64,000 nucleotides of DNA from an uncultured Acidobacteriota bacterium (GCA_963843575.1 CAWJKZ010000010.1:480001-544000); one strand, 5' to 3'. Shown: positions 9,996 through 21,814, counted from the first letter of the stretch. Numbers and translations are program-made. The notes: a model not told the origin generated them from the letters alone.

Positions 9996-10883
9996 TTACA
10001 GTCCTGACGACTCGCGCACGTCCAGGGCCACGGCCGTCCAGTCCATGTTGCCGCGGCCGCGTGCAACGCCGGCCAACATGCGGTCGCGCAGCAGGCTGGC
10101 CACCGGGAGCGGCACGTGGCTCGCGCCGGCCGTCTTGAGCATCAGGTTGACATCCTTCAGACCGAGTTGGAGCCGGAACCCGGCAGGTTCAAAAGCCCCG
10201 GCCAGGAGCATCCGGCCGTAGTTCTGATAGATGGGGCAGGCAAAGAGAGTCGATCCGAGCAGATCGACTATCCGGGCGGGATCGAGCCCGTTCTTCTCGG
10301 CGAGCGCGAATCCCTCCGCCATGGTCTCGATGGCCGACATGATCCAGAAATTACCCACGAGTTTGGCGACGTTCGCGGCCCCCGGTTCCTCACCCATGTC
10401 GAACACCCGCTGCCCGAGCACTTCTAGGAAGGGGCGCACGCGCGCCTTGGCGTCCACCGGCCCGGAGACGCATATGGCGAGCCTGCGGGCCTCCGCGGCC
10501 TCGGGTCGCCCGAAAACCGGGGCAGCGACATAGGACACCCCGAAGGACGCGTGATGCTGTGCGACGCGGGTGGCCGCCTCGGGCGAGACGGTGCTCATAG
10601 AGACGTGCACGCCGCCAGGCCCAAGCCTTCCGGCCAGGGCGTCCTGGCCGAGTGCAACCTCCAACAGCGCGTCGTCGTCCGCCACCATGGTGAAGACGAT
10701 GCCGCCAGGGGCCGTGGTATCCGCGGGATTCCGGGCAACCGTCGCGCCGATCTCCTGCAGGGGACCGGCCTTTCCGGGGGTCCGGTTGTAGACGCGGAGC
10801 GGGTACCCGGCGCGAGCGAGGTTTAGCGCCATCGGCAATCCCATGTTGCCCAACCCGACAAATCCGACGGTTTCGGTAGACAT
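9996..10883 (-). CDS. NAD(P)-dependent oxidoreductase, 3-hydroxyisobutyrate/6-phosphogluconate dehydrogenase family
   Basis: VGFVGLGNMG Rossmann motif, AAPVFG, AKLVGN and LGLKDV. GGGAGG SD. Confidence 0.9.
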   Translation of the reverse strand: MSTETVGFVGLGNMGLPMALNLARAGYPLRVYNRTPGKAGPLQEIGATVARNPADTTAPGGIVFTMVADDDALLEVALGQDALAGRLGPGGVHVSMSTVSPEAATRVAQHHASFGVSYVAAPVFGRPEAAEARRLAICVSGPVDAKARVRPFLEVLGQRVFDMGEEPGAANVAKLVGNFWIMSAIETMAEGFALAEKNGLDPARIVDLLGSTLFACPIYQNYGRMLLAGAFEPAGFRLQLGLKDVNLMLKTAGASHVPLPVASLLRDRMLAGVARGRGNMDWTAVALDVRESSGL

Positions 10884-11019
10884 GATGTCCTCCCTGTCCG
10901 GGAATCCCCGGCGGGCACGGGGCGCGCGCCTCGCGGTCTCGTCGACGGCACCGCGGTCCCGGCGCGTCCAAGGCACCGCTTGGCGGCGCGGGAACAGCAG
11001 TCGGCGGATGGCTTGAGGG

Positions 11020-11442
11020 TTATTTCTTGAAGAGGTCCAGAAAGGCCTGGCGGTGACTGTGCTCCACCTTCGGAGGAGCGGCGCCGCTGCCCTGCTTCTC
11101 GACCAGGATCTTAGGCGTGAAGAAGGGGCACAGGTTGTTCGTGCTCTTGTTCGTTACACGCATCTCCACCGGCTTGACGCACTCGTTACGCGCGGACGGA
11201 TCGAAGCTCAGGCAATTGCGGCACGTGTGAAGATCGGTGCCGCAGTTACGGCACTTGTCCGTCACCTGGATCTGGTCGGCGATCTGGATTTCGGCGGCGC
11301 AGTTGTTGCAGCGCGTGATGAGGTGGAAGCGGGTTTCGACCCGGCCGCCGGAGCTCTTGGGCCCGTGCGGCTGCGGTCTCGGCCTCTTCTCGCGCTCGCG
11401 GCCGTCGTCCTGGTATCCGCGTTGGCGGTACTTTCTATCCAT
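11020..11442 (-). CDS. Conserved hypothetical multi-Cys (Zn-finger) protein
   Basis: CNNC, CRNC, HTCRNC and two more Cys. The C-terminus is AFLDLFKK. Confidence 0.75.
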   Translation of the reverse strand: MDRKYRQRGYQDDGREREKRPRPQPHGPKSSGGRVETRFHLITRCNNCAAEIQIADQIQVTDKCRNCGTDLHTCRNCLSFDPSARNECVKPVEMRVTNKSTNNLCPFFTPKILVEKQGSGAAPPKVEHSHRQAFLDLFKK

Positions 11443-11505
11443 CTGTGTCTACCCTTTGGAAAGAGAACTCCACTGAGTGCATCAGCGGGTGTAATACGAC
11501 ATAAA

Positions 11506-11664
11506 GCCGACCTGTAGCTGGGTGTCCAGTAATGCTTGTTCGGTACGGACAGGAGATACGTCGCGGCAACCGCCCGGGAGCGCGGGGCGTCGTGCCCCGC
11601 CGGAGAGGACGCCACTGTCAAGCCAGCAAGAACCGGGAAAACCTATGACCGGGGAACAGACGGC
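11506..11664 (+). ncRNA. Putative 6S-like rod-shaped RNA
   Basis: Hand-folded nested stems: 11506-09/11661-64, 11512-15/11656-59, 11518-21/11649-52, a central bubble, 11535-40/11625-30, 11548-52/11615-19, 11559-62/11608-11, and a branched apex. G-U pairs favour the + strand. Not verified with a covariance model. Confidence 0.45.
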
Positions 11665-11906
11665 CCGGAACGGGCAACCGCCCACAAGTAGAAAGATGCA
11701 CGGTTCCACGATTTGTTTCAGGGCGGTATGCCAGGGAACTTCGGAAATTGTACCCTAACACAGAAACGATCGTATTACCAGTAATCTGCGCTAACCTGGA
11801 CACGATATTTTGGGTCGTTCCTTACCAGCCGCCCCAAAATCAGTGCTTCTCATTGCATGTTATCATATCCGGGCTTCGCACATCCTTGCACAGGAGCACC
11901 TTTTTG

Positions 11907-13073
11907 ATGTCCGGCGCGGCTGCACCCCCGCTGAAGATCGCGATCGTGTTCGGCACGAGGCCGGAGGCGATCAAACTCGCGCCGGTCATCCGCCGGCTCA
12001 AGGGGCAACCGGCGCGATTCCGGGTGATGACGGTCGTCACGGCTCAGCACCGGGAAATGCTGGACCAGGTGCTCGAGCTGTTCTCGATCCGGCCGGACCA
12101 TGACCTCGACATCATCCGGCCGCGGCAAAGCCTGGCGGAGATCACGGCGCGCGCGGCAACGGGTCTCGACGGGGTGCTCTCGGCTGATAGGCCGGATTTT
12201 GTCGTCGTCCAGGGAGACACGTCGACGACATTCCTGGGCGCCCTGGTGGCCTTCTATCACAAGATCCCGATCGCCCACGTCGAGGCAGGCCTGCGGACGC
12301 GCCGTAAGTTCCACCCTTTCCCGGAAGAGATCAACCGCCACCTCACCACCGTGCTCGCCGATCTGCATTTCGCCCCGACCGGTCAATCCCGCGACAACCT
12401 GCTGGCCGAGCACGTCGACCCGGATCGGATCTGGGTGACCGGCAACACCGTCATAGACGCTCTGCAGGACGTGCTGCGCTGGGGGCGCCCCTGCGAGCAC
12501 CCGGTGCTGCGCCGGGCCGCCGGCGAACGCCGCCGCATGATACTGGCGACCTCCCACCGCCGCGAGAACCAGGGAGCGCCGCAGGAGCAGATCTGCGAGG
12601 CGCTCCTGGAGATCGTGAAGCGTTTTCCCGACACCCTGATCGTCTTTCCCGTGCACCTGAGCCCGGCGGTGCGCGACACCGTCCTGCCGCGCCTCGGGCG
12701 CCACGACAACGTCGTCCTGCTGGAACCGACCAACTATTTCGAGACCGTCCACTTCATGAAGAACGCATACCTGATCCTGACCGACTCCGGTGGAATCCAG
12801 GAAGAGGCGCCCGCGCTCGGCAAACCGGTGCTCGTGCTGCGCGACACCACCGAACGCCCAGAAGGCGTGGCCGCCGGTACGGTCCGGCTGGTCGGGACCC
12901 ACACTCGCGCCATCGTCGACGCCGCGTCGGAACTGCTGGCGGATCCGTCCGCATATCGCCGCATGTCGGAAGCCGTCAATCCCTACGGCGACGGGTTGGC
13001 TTCCGAGCGCATCGTGCAGGCCCTGGAGCACGCGGCAGGCCGCGGGCCGGCCCCCGCCCCCTTTAATCCGTGA
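11907..13073 (+). CDS. wecB: UDP-N-acetylglucosamine 2-epimerase (non-hydrolysing)
   Basis: FGTRPEAIK, QGDT, HVEAGLR, DSGGIQEEAP, TERPEG and NPYGDG. Confidence 0.95.
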   Translation: MSGAAAPPLKIAIVFGTRPEAIKLAPVIRRLKGQPARFRVMTVVTAQHREMLDQVLELFSIRPDHDLDIIRPRQSLAEITARAATGLDGVLSADRPDFVVVQGDTSTTFLGALVAFYHKIPIAHVEAGLRTRRKFHPFPEEINRHLTTVLADLHFAPTGQSRDNLLAEHVDPDRIWVTGNTVIDALQDVLRWGRPCEHPVLRRAAGERRRMILATSHRRENQGAPQEQICEALLEIVKRFPDTLIVFPVHLSPAVRDTVLPRLGRHDNVVLLEPTNYFETVHFMKNAYLILTDSGGIQEEAPALGKPVLVLRDTTERPEGVAAGTVRLVGTHTRAIVDAASELLADPSAYRRMSEAVNPYGDGLASERIVQALEHAAGRGPAPAPFNP

Positions 13074-13082
13074 GCAAGTATT

Positions 13083-13172
13083 TGGAGTGCGGCGCCTGGG
13101 CGCCGCTTTACGCTGCAATCAACAGCCGACATGCCCGGCGCCTCGCTGGCGGCGCCGAGGCACCGCACTCCA
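13083..13172. repeat. REP-A inverted doublet between convergent wecB and ABC-F
   Basis: TGGAGTGCGGCGCCTGGGCGCCGCTTT ... GGCGCCGAGGCACCGCACTCCA. Confidence 0.85.
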
Positions 13173-13174
13173 TT

Positions 13175-15118
13175 CTATTGGAGCGAGGCGAGTTCGGACT
13201 GCAACCGCTCCCACTCCACCATGTGGCGGTTCAGCTCCTCCTGCAGGCGGTCGTGCTCCTCCATCGTGCTCCGGAAGAGCGTGTAGTCGCGGTACAGCTC
13301 CTCAGAGGCCAGCATTCGCGAGAGCACCGCGATGCGGGTTTCGTGCGTCTGGATCAGGGATTCCAGCCCGCCGATCTTGTCCGAAAGGGCCCGGATGCGG
13401 TAGGGATTCACCTTCTTTTTCCTGCCGGGCGCGGCGCCTTCGGCCCCGTTTCCCCCGGTTTCAGGGACGGCTGTATCCTCCTTCGGCGGTTCGCGCCGGG
13501 CGACTTCCTCGAGGTTGCGCTTCTTCCGGGCCAGATAATCCTCGTAGTTCCCCAGGGAGGCGATCGCCTTTCCCTCGCCGATTTCGAGCACCTTCGTCGC
13601 CAGGCCGTCGAGGAAATAGCGGTCGTGGCTCACGAAAACGAGGGTCCCGCCATACTCGCGCAGCGAGTCCATCAGGATGTCCTTCGACCGGATGTCGAGG
13701 TGGTTCGTCGGCTCGTCGAGCAGGAGGCAGTTGGCCGGAGAGAGCAACAGCTTGCAGAGCACGAGCCGGCTGCGCTCGCCGCCGCTGAGCACCGAGACGG
13801 GCTTCTCGATGGAGTCGCCCGAGAACAGGAAGCAGCCGAGCAGCGTGCGCAGCTGCGGCATTATGTAGTCTGGCGCGACGGAATAGACTTCGTCCCAGAC
13901 GGTCTTGCCCGACGCCAGCAGGTCGTCCTGGTCCTGCGAGAAGTAGGAGACCATGACGTTGTGCCCCTCGGTCCGGCTCCCGCAGGAGAGTGGCAGCCTC
14001 CCGGCCAGGATCTTCATCAGGGTCGACTTCCCGGCGCCGTTGGGGCCGACGAGCGCCACCCGTTCCCCTTTTTCGAGGATCAGGTCGAGGTCGCGGAACA
14101 CGGGATCGCCGCCGTAGCCTGCGGTCACGCGGGCGAGCTCCAGCACGACGCGGCCGGTGCGCGGGCCTTCGGGGAAGCGGAAGTGGATCGGTTTCGCCTC
14201 CGGCGGGATCTCGATCCGCTCCATGCGCTCGAGTTCTTTGAGGCGGCTCTGCACCTGCGCGGCCTTGGTCGCCTTGTACCGGAACTTATCGGCGAACGCC
14301 CGGATGCGGGCGATCTCCTTCTGCTGGGCTTCGTAGGCCGCGACGAGCTGCGTCATGCGCAGCTCGCGCTGGGCGAGGAACTGCTCGTAATTCCCCTTGT
14401 AGAAGTGGACCGCACGGTGGCGGATTTCCACGATCCGGTCGATGGTGGCGTCGAGGAAGAAACGGTCGTGCGAAACGAGGACGAGGGCGTGCGGGTAATT
14501 CTGGAGGAAGTCCTCGAGCCAGTTGCGGGCCTCGAGGTCGAGGTGGTTGGTCGGTTCGTCGAGCAGCAGGAGGCTGGGAGACTGGAGCAGCAGGCGCGCC
14601 AGTGCGATTCTCATCTGCCACCCGCCGCTGAACTCCTCGCAGGGGCGCTGCCAATCCCTTTGCCCGAAACCCAGGCCGTCGAGCACGGAACCGACTTTGG
14701 CGTCGACGCTGTAGCCGTCGTGCAGCCGGAACTGCTGCGAGACTGAGGCGTAGCGCTCGAGGGTCCTGTGGTACTCGGGGCTGGCGTGGTCCATGTCGGC
14801 CATTTCGTGCTCGAGGCGGCGGCTCTCGGATTCCAGGGCCTTGAGGTTCTGAAATACGGCCGAGGCTTCCTCGAACACCGTTCGGCCCCGCGCAAACAGC
14901 CCGTCCTGGGGTAGGTAGCCGAAGGTTAGGTCGCGCGCGCCGATCACCTCGCCCTCGTCGGGCGCAACCAGTCCGGACAGCATCTTCATAAGGGTGGACT
15001 TGCCGGTCCCGTTGTCGCCGACCAGGCCGATGCGGTCGCGCTCGTTGATCTGAAAATCGAGCGCGCGGAACAGCCAATCGCCGCGAAAGGCCTTGCCCAG
15101 TCCCTTGATTTGCAGCAT
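13175..15118 (-). CDS. ABC-F family ATP-binding protein (YheS/Uup-like)
   Basis: Two NBDs (GDNGTGKS/SGGW/LLDEPTNHLD and GPNGAGKS/LSGGE), no TM segments, C-terminal coiled coil. Confidence 0.95.
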   Translation of the reverse strand: MLQIKGLGKAFRGDWLFRALDFQINERDRIGLVGDNGTGKSTLMKMLSGLVAPDEGEVIGARDLTFGYLPQDGLFARGRTVFEEASAVFQNLKALESESRRLEHEMADMDHASPEYHRTLERYASVSQQFRLHDGYSVDAKVGSVLDGLGFGQRDWQRPCEEFSGGWQMRIALARLLLQSPSLLLLDEPTNHLDLEARNWLEDFLQNYPHALVLVSHDRFFLDATIDRIVEIRHRAVHFYKGNYEQFLAQRELRMTQLVAAYEAQQKEIARIRAFADKFRYKATKAAQVQSRLKELERMERIEIPPEAKPIHFRFPEGPRTGRVVLELARVTAGYGGDPVFRDLDLILEKGERVALVGPNGAGKSTLMKILAGRLPLSCGSRTEGHNVMVSYFSQDQDDLLASGKTVWDEVYSVAPDYIMPQLRTLLGCFLFSGDSIEKPVSVLSGGERSRLVLCKLLLSPANCLLLDEPTNHLDIRSKDILMDSLREYGGTLVFVSHDRYFLDGLATKVLEIGEGKAIASLGNYEDYLARKKRNLEEVARREPPKEDTAVPETGGNGAEGAAPGRKKKVNPYRIRALSDKIGGLESLIQTHETRIAVLSRMLASEELYRDYTLFRSTMEEHDRLQEELNRHMVEWERLQSELASLQ

Positions 15119-15294
15119 GATTTCCTCAAAATTTTTAATTTTAGCATAACCTTCTTTGAGCTCCCGCTGTCGAGTCGCACCCCGACGCGGCCACGGAGTA
15201 CGAGGGGTCCGCGGGCAAGCGACCGGTGGGAGGTACGGGGATACAAGGATCGTCTCCGCGGCCTCAGGGGCCTCGGCGAGCTTCGGTTTCGGTG

Positions 15295-15984
15295 ATGGGG
15301 AAAATCGCGGTAGTGCTCGTCAGCGGGGGCATCGATTCGACCACGACGCTCGCGCTGGCAGGGGCTCAGGGGTTCGAGACCTGCGCCCTGACCTTCGACT
15401 ACGGGCAGCGGCACCGGCAGGAACTGGAAGCCGCGCGCCGGGTGGTCGGGCACCTCGGGGCGGTGCGCCACGTCGTCGCGGCGCTCGACCTGCGGTCGAT
15501 TGGCGGCTCGGCCTTGACCGCCGACATCCCGGTGCCCAAGGGGAGGCCGCTCGACCGGATGGCGGCAGAGATCCCCGTCACCTATGTGCCCGCCCGCAAC
15601 ACCATCTTCCTCGCCCTCGCGCTGGGCTGGTGCGAGGCGCTCGGCGGTGAAGACATCTTCATCGGCGCGAACGCGGTGGATTACTCGGGCTATCCCGACT
15701 GCAGGCCGGAGTTCCTCAGGCAGTTCGAAGCGCTCGCGCGGGTGGCCACACGCGACGGCGTTCAGGGGCGCGCGCATTACCGGGTTCACGCCCCGTTGCT
15801 GCAGATGACCAAGGCGCAGATCATCCGCACTGGTATCGATGCAGGAGTCGATTTTTCGCTCACCCACAGCTGCTACGACCCCACCGACGCGGGACTCGCG
15901 TGCGGCGCCTGCGATTCCTGCCGCCTGCGCCGCGAGGGGTTTGCGCAGGCGGGGGTGCCCGACCCGACGCGCTACAGCGCGTGA
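15295..15984 (+). CDS. queC: 7-cyano-7-deazaguanine synthase
   Basis: [26 protein letters not shown] and SCY..CGACDSC. Confidence 0.95.
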   Translation: MGKIAVVLVSGGIDSTTTLALAGAQGFETCALTFDYGQRHRQELEAARRVVGHLGAVRHVVAALDLRSIGGSALTADIPVPKGRPLDRMAAEIPVTYVPARNTIFLALALGWCEALGGEDIFIGANAVDYSGYPDCRPEFLRQFEALARVATRDGVQGRAHYRVHAPLLQMTKAQIIRTGIDAGVDFSLTHSCYDPTDAGLACGACDSCRLRREGFAQAGVPDPTRYSA

Positions 15985-16008
15985 CACTCGTCAACGGGGG
16001 AAGCAAGC

Positions 16009-16548
16009 ATGGGTTATGTTCGGCCGGCCGTACCGGTGAAACTGTTTGTCGGGATCCTCTCGTCGCTCGACGCAGCGCCGGCACAGGCGGAAGCGCGGTT
16101 GTCCGGCCTGTTCGGCAGCATCGACCTGCGCAGCGGACCGTTCCCCTTCGACGCGACCGCCTATTACGACGAGGAGATGGGCACGCCCATCGAGCGCCGC
16201 TTCGTCGCCTTCGAGCGGTTGATCGATCCTGCTGAAATCGCGAAAATCAAGCTTCGCACCAACGAACTGGAAATGGCCCTGCGGCCGGATTTCGTTGCCG
16301 TGCGGCGGCCGGTGAACCTGGACCCTGGCTACGTCGAACTCTCGAAAGTCGTTCTCGCTTCGACGAAGAATTTCTACCACCGCATCCTGCTGGCAGCGGG
16401 CATTTATGGGGAGGTGACGCTGCACTACGAGGCCGGCGCCTGGCGCAGTTTCCCGTGGACGTTCCCTGATTTTCGCAGCGGGCGATACATCGAGTTTTTC
16501 GACACGCTGCGGGCTCGATATCGCAGCCAGCTGGCCTCCGTGTCCTGA
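16009..16548 (+). CDS. DUF4416-like conserved protein
   Basis: YYDEEMG, RPVNLDPGY, LASTKNFYHRI and FPWTFPDF. Confidence 0.8.
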   Translation: MGYVRPAVPVKLFVGILSSLDAAPAQAEARLSGLFGSIDLRSGPFPFDATAYYDEEMGTPIERRFVAFERLIDPAEIAKIKLRTNELEMALRPDFVAVRRPVNLDPGYVELSKVVLASTKNFYHRILLAAGIYGEVTLHYEAGAWRSFPWTFPDFRSGRYIEFFDTLRARYRSQLASVS

Positions 16549-16646
16549 GCGTTTGGCTTGGTGGTAGATTTTGAGATTTGAATTCGCTACTATTCCGTCC
16601 GGTCCTGTACCGTCTTCGGGCGCGGGACCGTCATTGCATCGGCTGC

Positions 16647-16739
16647 GGAGAGGTGCTGGAGTGGCCGAACAGGGCTGCCTGCTAAGCAGTTACACTGGCA
16701 AAACCGGTGTCGGGGGTTCGAATCCCCCCCTCTCCGCCA
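16647..16739 (+). tRNA. tRNA-Ser (GCT)
   Basis: GGAGAGG/CCTCTCC acceptor stem, anticodon loop CT-GCT-AA, long variable arm, GGTTCGAATCC T-arm, encoded CCA. Confidence 0.95.
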
Positions 16740-16820
16740 CAACCTTCCAATCCCACTTCGAGATTCTTCGAGTCCCTGGAGCATCCGAGGTGAGTCTTTC
16801 CCTCGAAAAGCGTGCAAGAC

Positions 16821-16870
16821 AGCGGCGCCCAGGCACCGCGCACAAAGCGGCGTCGAGCCGCCGCACTCCA
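16821..16870. repeat. REP-A element (right half) upstream of xylA
   Basis: AGCGGCGCCCAGGCACCGC..AAAGCGGCGTCGAGCCGCCGCACTCCA. Confidence 0.85.
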
Positions 16871-16895
16871 TAAGCCCAAAGACAGGAAGATGCCC

Positions 16896-18208
16896 ATGCC
16901 TGCTTTCCCGAATGTCCCCAGGATCCCGTTCGAAGGGTCAAAATCCACAAACCCGCTCGCGTTCAAACACTACGACGCGGAGGAACTCGTCGACGGCAAA
17001 GCGATGAAAGACCACCTGCGCTTCGCCGTGGCGTACTGGCACACGATGCGCGGCAGGGGCAGCGACCCTTTCGGTCCCGGCACGGCCGTCCGGCCCTGGG
17101 ACGACGGGTCGGAATCGGTCGCAAACGCGCAGAAGCGTGTGAAGGCGGCGTTTGAGTTCATCGAGAAGCTCGGCGCGCCCTTCTATTGCTTCCACGACCG
17201 CGACGTGGCACCCGAGGGCAAGTCTCTGAAGGAGACCAACAAGAACCTCGACGCCGTCGTCAAGACGCTCAAAGCCGAACAGAAACGCACCGGCATCCGA
17301 GCTCCTCTGGGGCACGGCCAATCTCTTTTCGCAATCCCCGGTACCTCCACGGCGCCGCGACCAGCTGCAACGCCGACGCGTTCGCTTTCGCCGCTGCGCA
17401 GGTCAAGAAGGCGCTGGAGGTGACGCTCGAACTCGGCGGCGAAGGGTACGTGTTCTGGGGCGGTCGCGAAGGGTACTGGACCCTGCTCAACACCGACATG
17501 CAACGCGAACTCGATCACCTCGCCAGGCTGCTGCACATGGCCGTGGACTACAAGAAGGAGATCGGCTTCAAGGGGCAGTTCTACATCGAACCGAAGCCGA
17601 AGGAACCGACGAAGCACCAGTACGATTCCGATGCGGCCGCGTGCCTGAATTTCCTGCGGCAATACGATCTTCTGGGCGATTTCAAGCTCAACATCGAGAC
17701 CAACCACGCCACGCTGGCCGGCCACACGGTCCAGCACGACCTGATCACCGCCGCTTCGGCGGGCGCCCTCGGGTCGGTCGACGCCAACTACGGCGACGTG
17801 ATGCTCGGCTGGGATACCGACCAGTTCCCGACCGACATTTACGTCACGACGCAGATCATGCTGGTGGTGCTCGACATAGGCGGGTTCACGACGGGCGGCC
17901 TCAATTTCGACGCCAAGGTCCGGCGCGAGAGCTTCGAACCGGTGGACCTGTTCTACGCCCACATCGGCGGCATGGACGCGTTTGCCCGCGGGCTGAAGAT
18001 CGCAGCGGCGATTCGCAGGGACGGGCGGCTCAGCGCATTCCGCAGACAGCGCTACGCCTCGTGGGATAGCGGCGTCGGCGCCGATATCGAATTGGGTAAG
18101 GTCGGACTGAAGGAACTCGAAACCTATATGCTCAAAAAAGGCGACGCAGCGCCAAACGTCAGCGGCCGGCAGGAGTACCTGGAAAACCTGATCAACGAGT
18201 TCATCTGA
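16896..18208 (+). CDS. xylA: Xylose isomerase (class II); two apparent +1 indels near 17301 and 17333
   Basis: [15 protein letters not shown], reconstructed [44 protein letters not shown] and GGLNFDAK. Confidence 0.92.
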
Positions 18209-18214
18209 GTCGTG

Positions 18215-18366
18215 TGGAGTGCGGCGCCTGGCCGCCGCTTTCGCTTGGTTCCTAAGGCGGGGATACCCGGCGCCTAGGCGTCGGGACCAAAGCGGCGTCG
18301 AGCCGTCGAGCCGCCGCACTCCAAAGCGTCCACCGTTGGACAGTCTGTGAAAGCCCGGACCCACTT
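18215..18366. mobile_element. REP-A doublet plus one TIR end of the MITE, joined to a REP-B half
   Basis: REP-A at 18215-18323. The TIR at 18329-18347 reads CAGACTGTCCAACGGTGGA on the minus strand and is followed on the plus strand by TGAA-A-GCCCGGACCCACTT. Confidence 0.7.
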
Positions 18367-19295
18367 CAGGACTTGGGTCCCGGGATGTCGTGTAGGAGGA
18401 ATGGCGTCGACTGGTAAACGTGGTAGTTGAGCCAGTTGGCATAGAGCAGGTGCGCGTGGCCGCGCCAGCGCACCCGGGGCTCGCTCCTGGGGTCGTCCGC
18501 AACGTAGTAGTTCGCGGGGATGTTTATGGGAAGCCCCTTCCCGACATCCCGGTCGTATTCTCCCTTCAGCGTGAACGGGTCGTACTCCGAGTGGCCCGTG
18601 ACGTAGATCTGGCGGCCGTCCCGGGAAGCCAGGATATAGACGCCGGCCTCCTCCGATTCGGCCAGCAGCTTTATGTCGGGGACCTTGTCGGTGTCCTCGC
18701 GCCGGATTTCGGTGTGGCGCGAGTGCGGCGCGAGAAACTCGTCGTCGAAACCGCGCAGCAGCTTCTCATTCCTGCTCGTGACGCGGTGACGGAAAACCCC
18801 GAACATCTTCCGGGCCAGGGGGTACTTCGGGACGCCGTACCGGTGGTACAGGCCGGCCTGCGCACCCCAGCAAATGTGAAACGTGGAGTAGACGTTCGTC
18901 TCGGACCAGTCCATGACCTCGCGCAGTTCGTCCCAGTAATCGACTTCCTCGAAGGGGAGCTGCTCGACGGGCGCCCCCGTGATGATCAGCCCGTCGAAAC
19001 GCTGGTCCTTGATGTCGTGGAACTTTTCGTAATGGTTCAGCAGGTGCTCCTGTGGCGTATTTTTCGACTCGTGCGTCTCCATGTGCAGCAGCGTGATCGC
19101 GACCTGGAGGGGCGAGTTGCCCAGCAGCCGCAGCAGCTGCGTCTCGGTCGAGATCTTGGTCGGCATGAGATTCAGGATGGCGACCTCCAGAGGGCGGATG
19201 TCCTGGTGAACCGCGCGCTCCTCGCCCATCACGAATATATTCTCGCCCTCCAGGACCGCGCGCGCGGGCAGAGTATCCGGAATCTTGACGGGCAT
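18366..19295 (-). CDS. metA: Homoserine O-acyltransferase (MetA family, probably acetyl-specific)
   Basis: LNLMP, TGAPVE (Glu at the position linked to acetyl-CoA preference), ICWGAQA, PHSR and GHSEYD. Confidence 0.93.
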   Translation of the reverse strand: MPVKIPDTLPARAVLEGENIFVMGEERAVHQDIRPLEVAILNLMPTKISTETQLLRLLGNSPLQVAITLLHMETHESKNTPQEHLLNHYEKFHDIKDQRFDGLIITGAPVEQLPFEEVDYWDELREVMDWSETNVYSTFHICWGAQAGLYHRYGVPKYPLARKMFGVFRHRVTSRNEKLLRGFDDEFLAPHSRHTEIRREDTDKVPDIKLLAESEEAGVYILASRDGRQIYVTGHSEYDPFTLKGEYDRDVGKGLPINIPANYYVADDPRSEPRVRWRGHAHLLYANWLNYHVYQSTPFLLHDIPGPKS

Positions 19296-19329
19296 CGCAA
19301 TTGTCTCCTCTGAAAAAGTCCGGACCCGG

Positions 19330-20908
<1,579 letters not shown>

Positions 20909-21814
20909 TCACGGCTGCGGGGTAGGAGAGGGCGACTCCTTGATCTCGTTTACTCTCAGGACAGGATCGAGCAGCAAAGGCTCATCGAAGGAGACTTTCG
21001 TTTGCACCTGCGCCCTTTTGAAATCGCTGTTGTTGAGTGCCAGGGCGATCTTGCGCTTGTAGAAAAAGGCCGCCTTCAGTTCGAACTCGGCCCCGTAAAT
21101 CATGGGAAACCAGACACCGTCTTCGAACTTCTCATAAGTCAGCTTGAAACCAAGCCCCTTGAGGTTCGTGCCCAGGACAGTTTTGACGAACAAGGGCAAT
21201 CCCCTGGCCAGCCTCGTGCTGATGAACACCGGTTGGAACTCGTTGCTGTCGACCAGGATCTCACCGGCCCAAGGGGTCCCGCCCTCGTCGTCGTCCCACG
21301 ATTCCCGGCGCGGCTTGAACGTGATGCGATACACCTGCTTCCCCCGGTAGTCCTCCTTCCCCGCCAACGCGAACAGGTACTTCCTCTGTTGATTGCTCCG
21401 GAGCGGGAAGAGATCCATCGACACGCCGTCGCGTGAGCCCTTTTCGTTGGTCAGGTCGTCCGCGAGATCGTCGATCAACTCGCCATCGAGGTCGACGTCC
21501 TTGTACTGGAAACCGGGCTTGTCGTAGCCGAGGAGTTTCCCGCCCTTCTCGTACTTCCCGCTGAAACTGCGCAGTTCCTTCGCGGTTCCGTCCGCTGTGG
21601 GAGCGACGCTGTACTCGCGGATCTCCTCGCGCGCGACCTTGCCGGACGATCTCTTGAACCGAAGGATGATCCGCTGGTTGTAGACGTAGTTGGCACGGAC
21701 CTCTTGTGCGCGGTCCTGATTGCGGGCAAGCCGAGCCATGATCTCCTGCACGTCGGGCTCCTGGGCGGCGGCACCGGCCAACAGCAGGACGAAGAGACAG
21801 AGACTGGGACACAT
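20909..21814 (-). CDS. Exported hypothetical protein (beta-rich, MucB/LolA-like fold possible)
   Basis: Signal peptide and GAGG SD. YRGKQVYRITFKP..GEILVD and GVWFP motifs are typical of such proteins. Confidence 0.7.
   Translation of the reverse strand: MCPSLCLFVLLLAGAAAQEPDVQEIMARLARNQDRAQEVRANYVYNQRIILRFKRSSGKVAREEIREYSVAPTADGTAKELRSFSGKYEKGGKLLGYDKPGFQYKDVDLDGELIDDLADDLTNEKGSRDGVSMDLFPLRSNQQRKYLFALAGKEDYRGKQVYRITFKPRRESWDDDEGGTPWAGEILVDSNEFQPVFISTRLARGLPLFVKTVLGTNLKGLGFKLTYEKFEDGVWFPMIYGAEFELKAAFFYKRKIALALNNSDFKRAQVQTKVSFDEPLLLDPVLRVNEIKESPSPTPQP

Noticed and set aside
11605-11645. Cobalamin riboswitch (GCCACTG..AAGCCAG-like words)
   Set aside because: The upstream core (AGGGAA..GGTG.AA.TCC) is missing, and the downstream gene (wecB) is unrelated to B12.
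15119-15294. PreQ1 riboswitch upstream of queC
   Set aside because: No preQ1 stem-loop followed by an A-rich tail is visible.
16740-16895. Genomic island integrated at tRNA-Ser
   Set aside because: There is no integrase, I saw no duplicated tRNA 3' end, and housekeeping genes continue on both sides.
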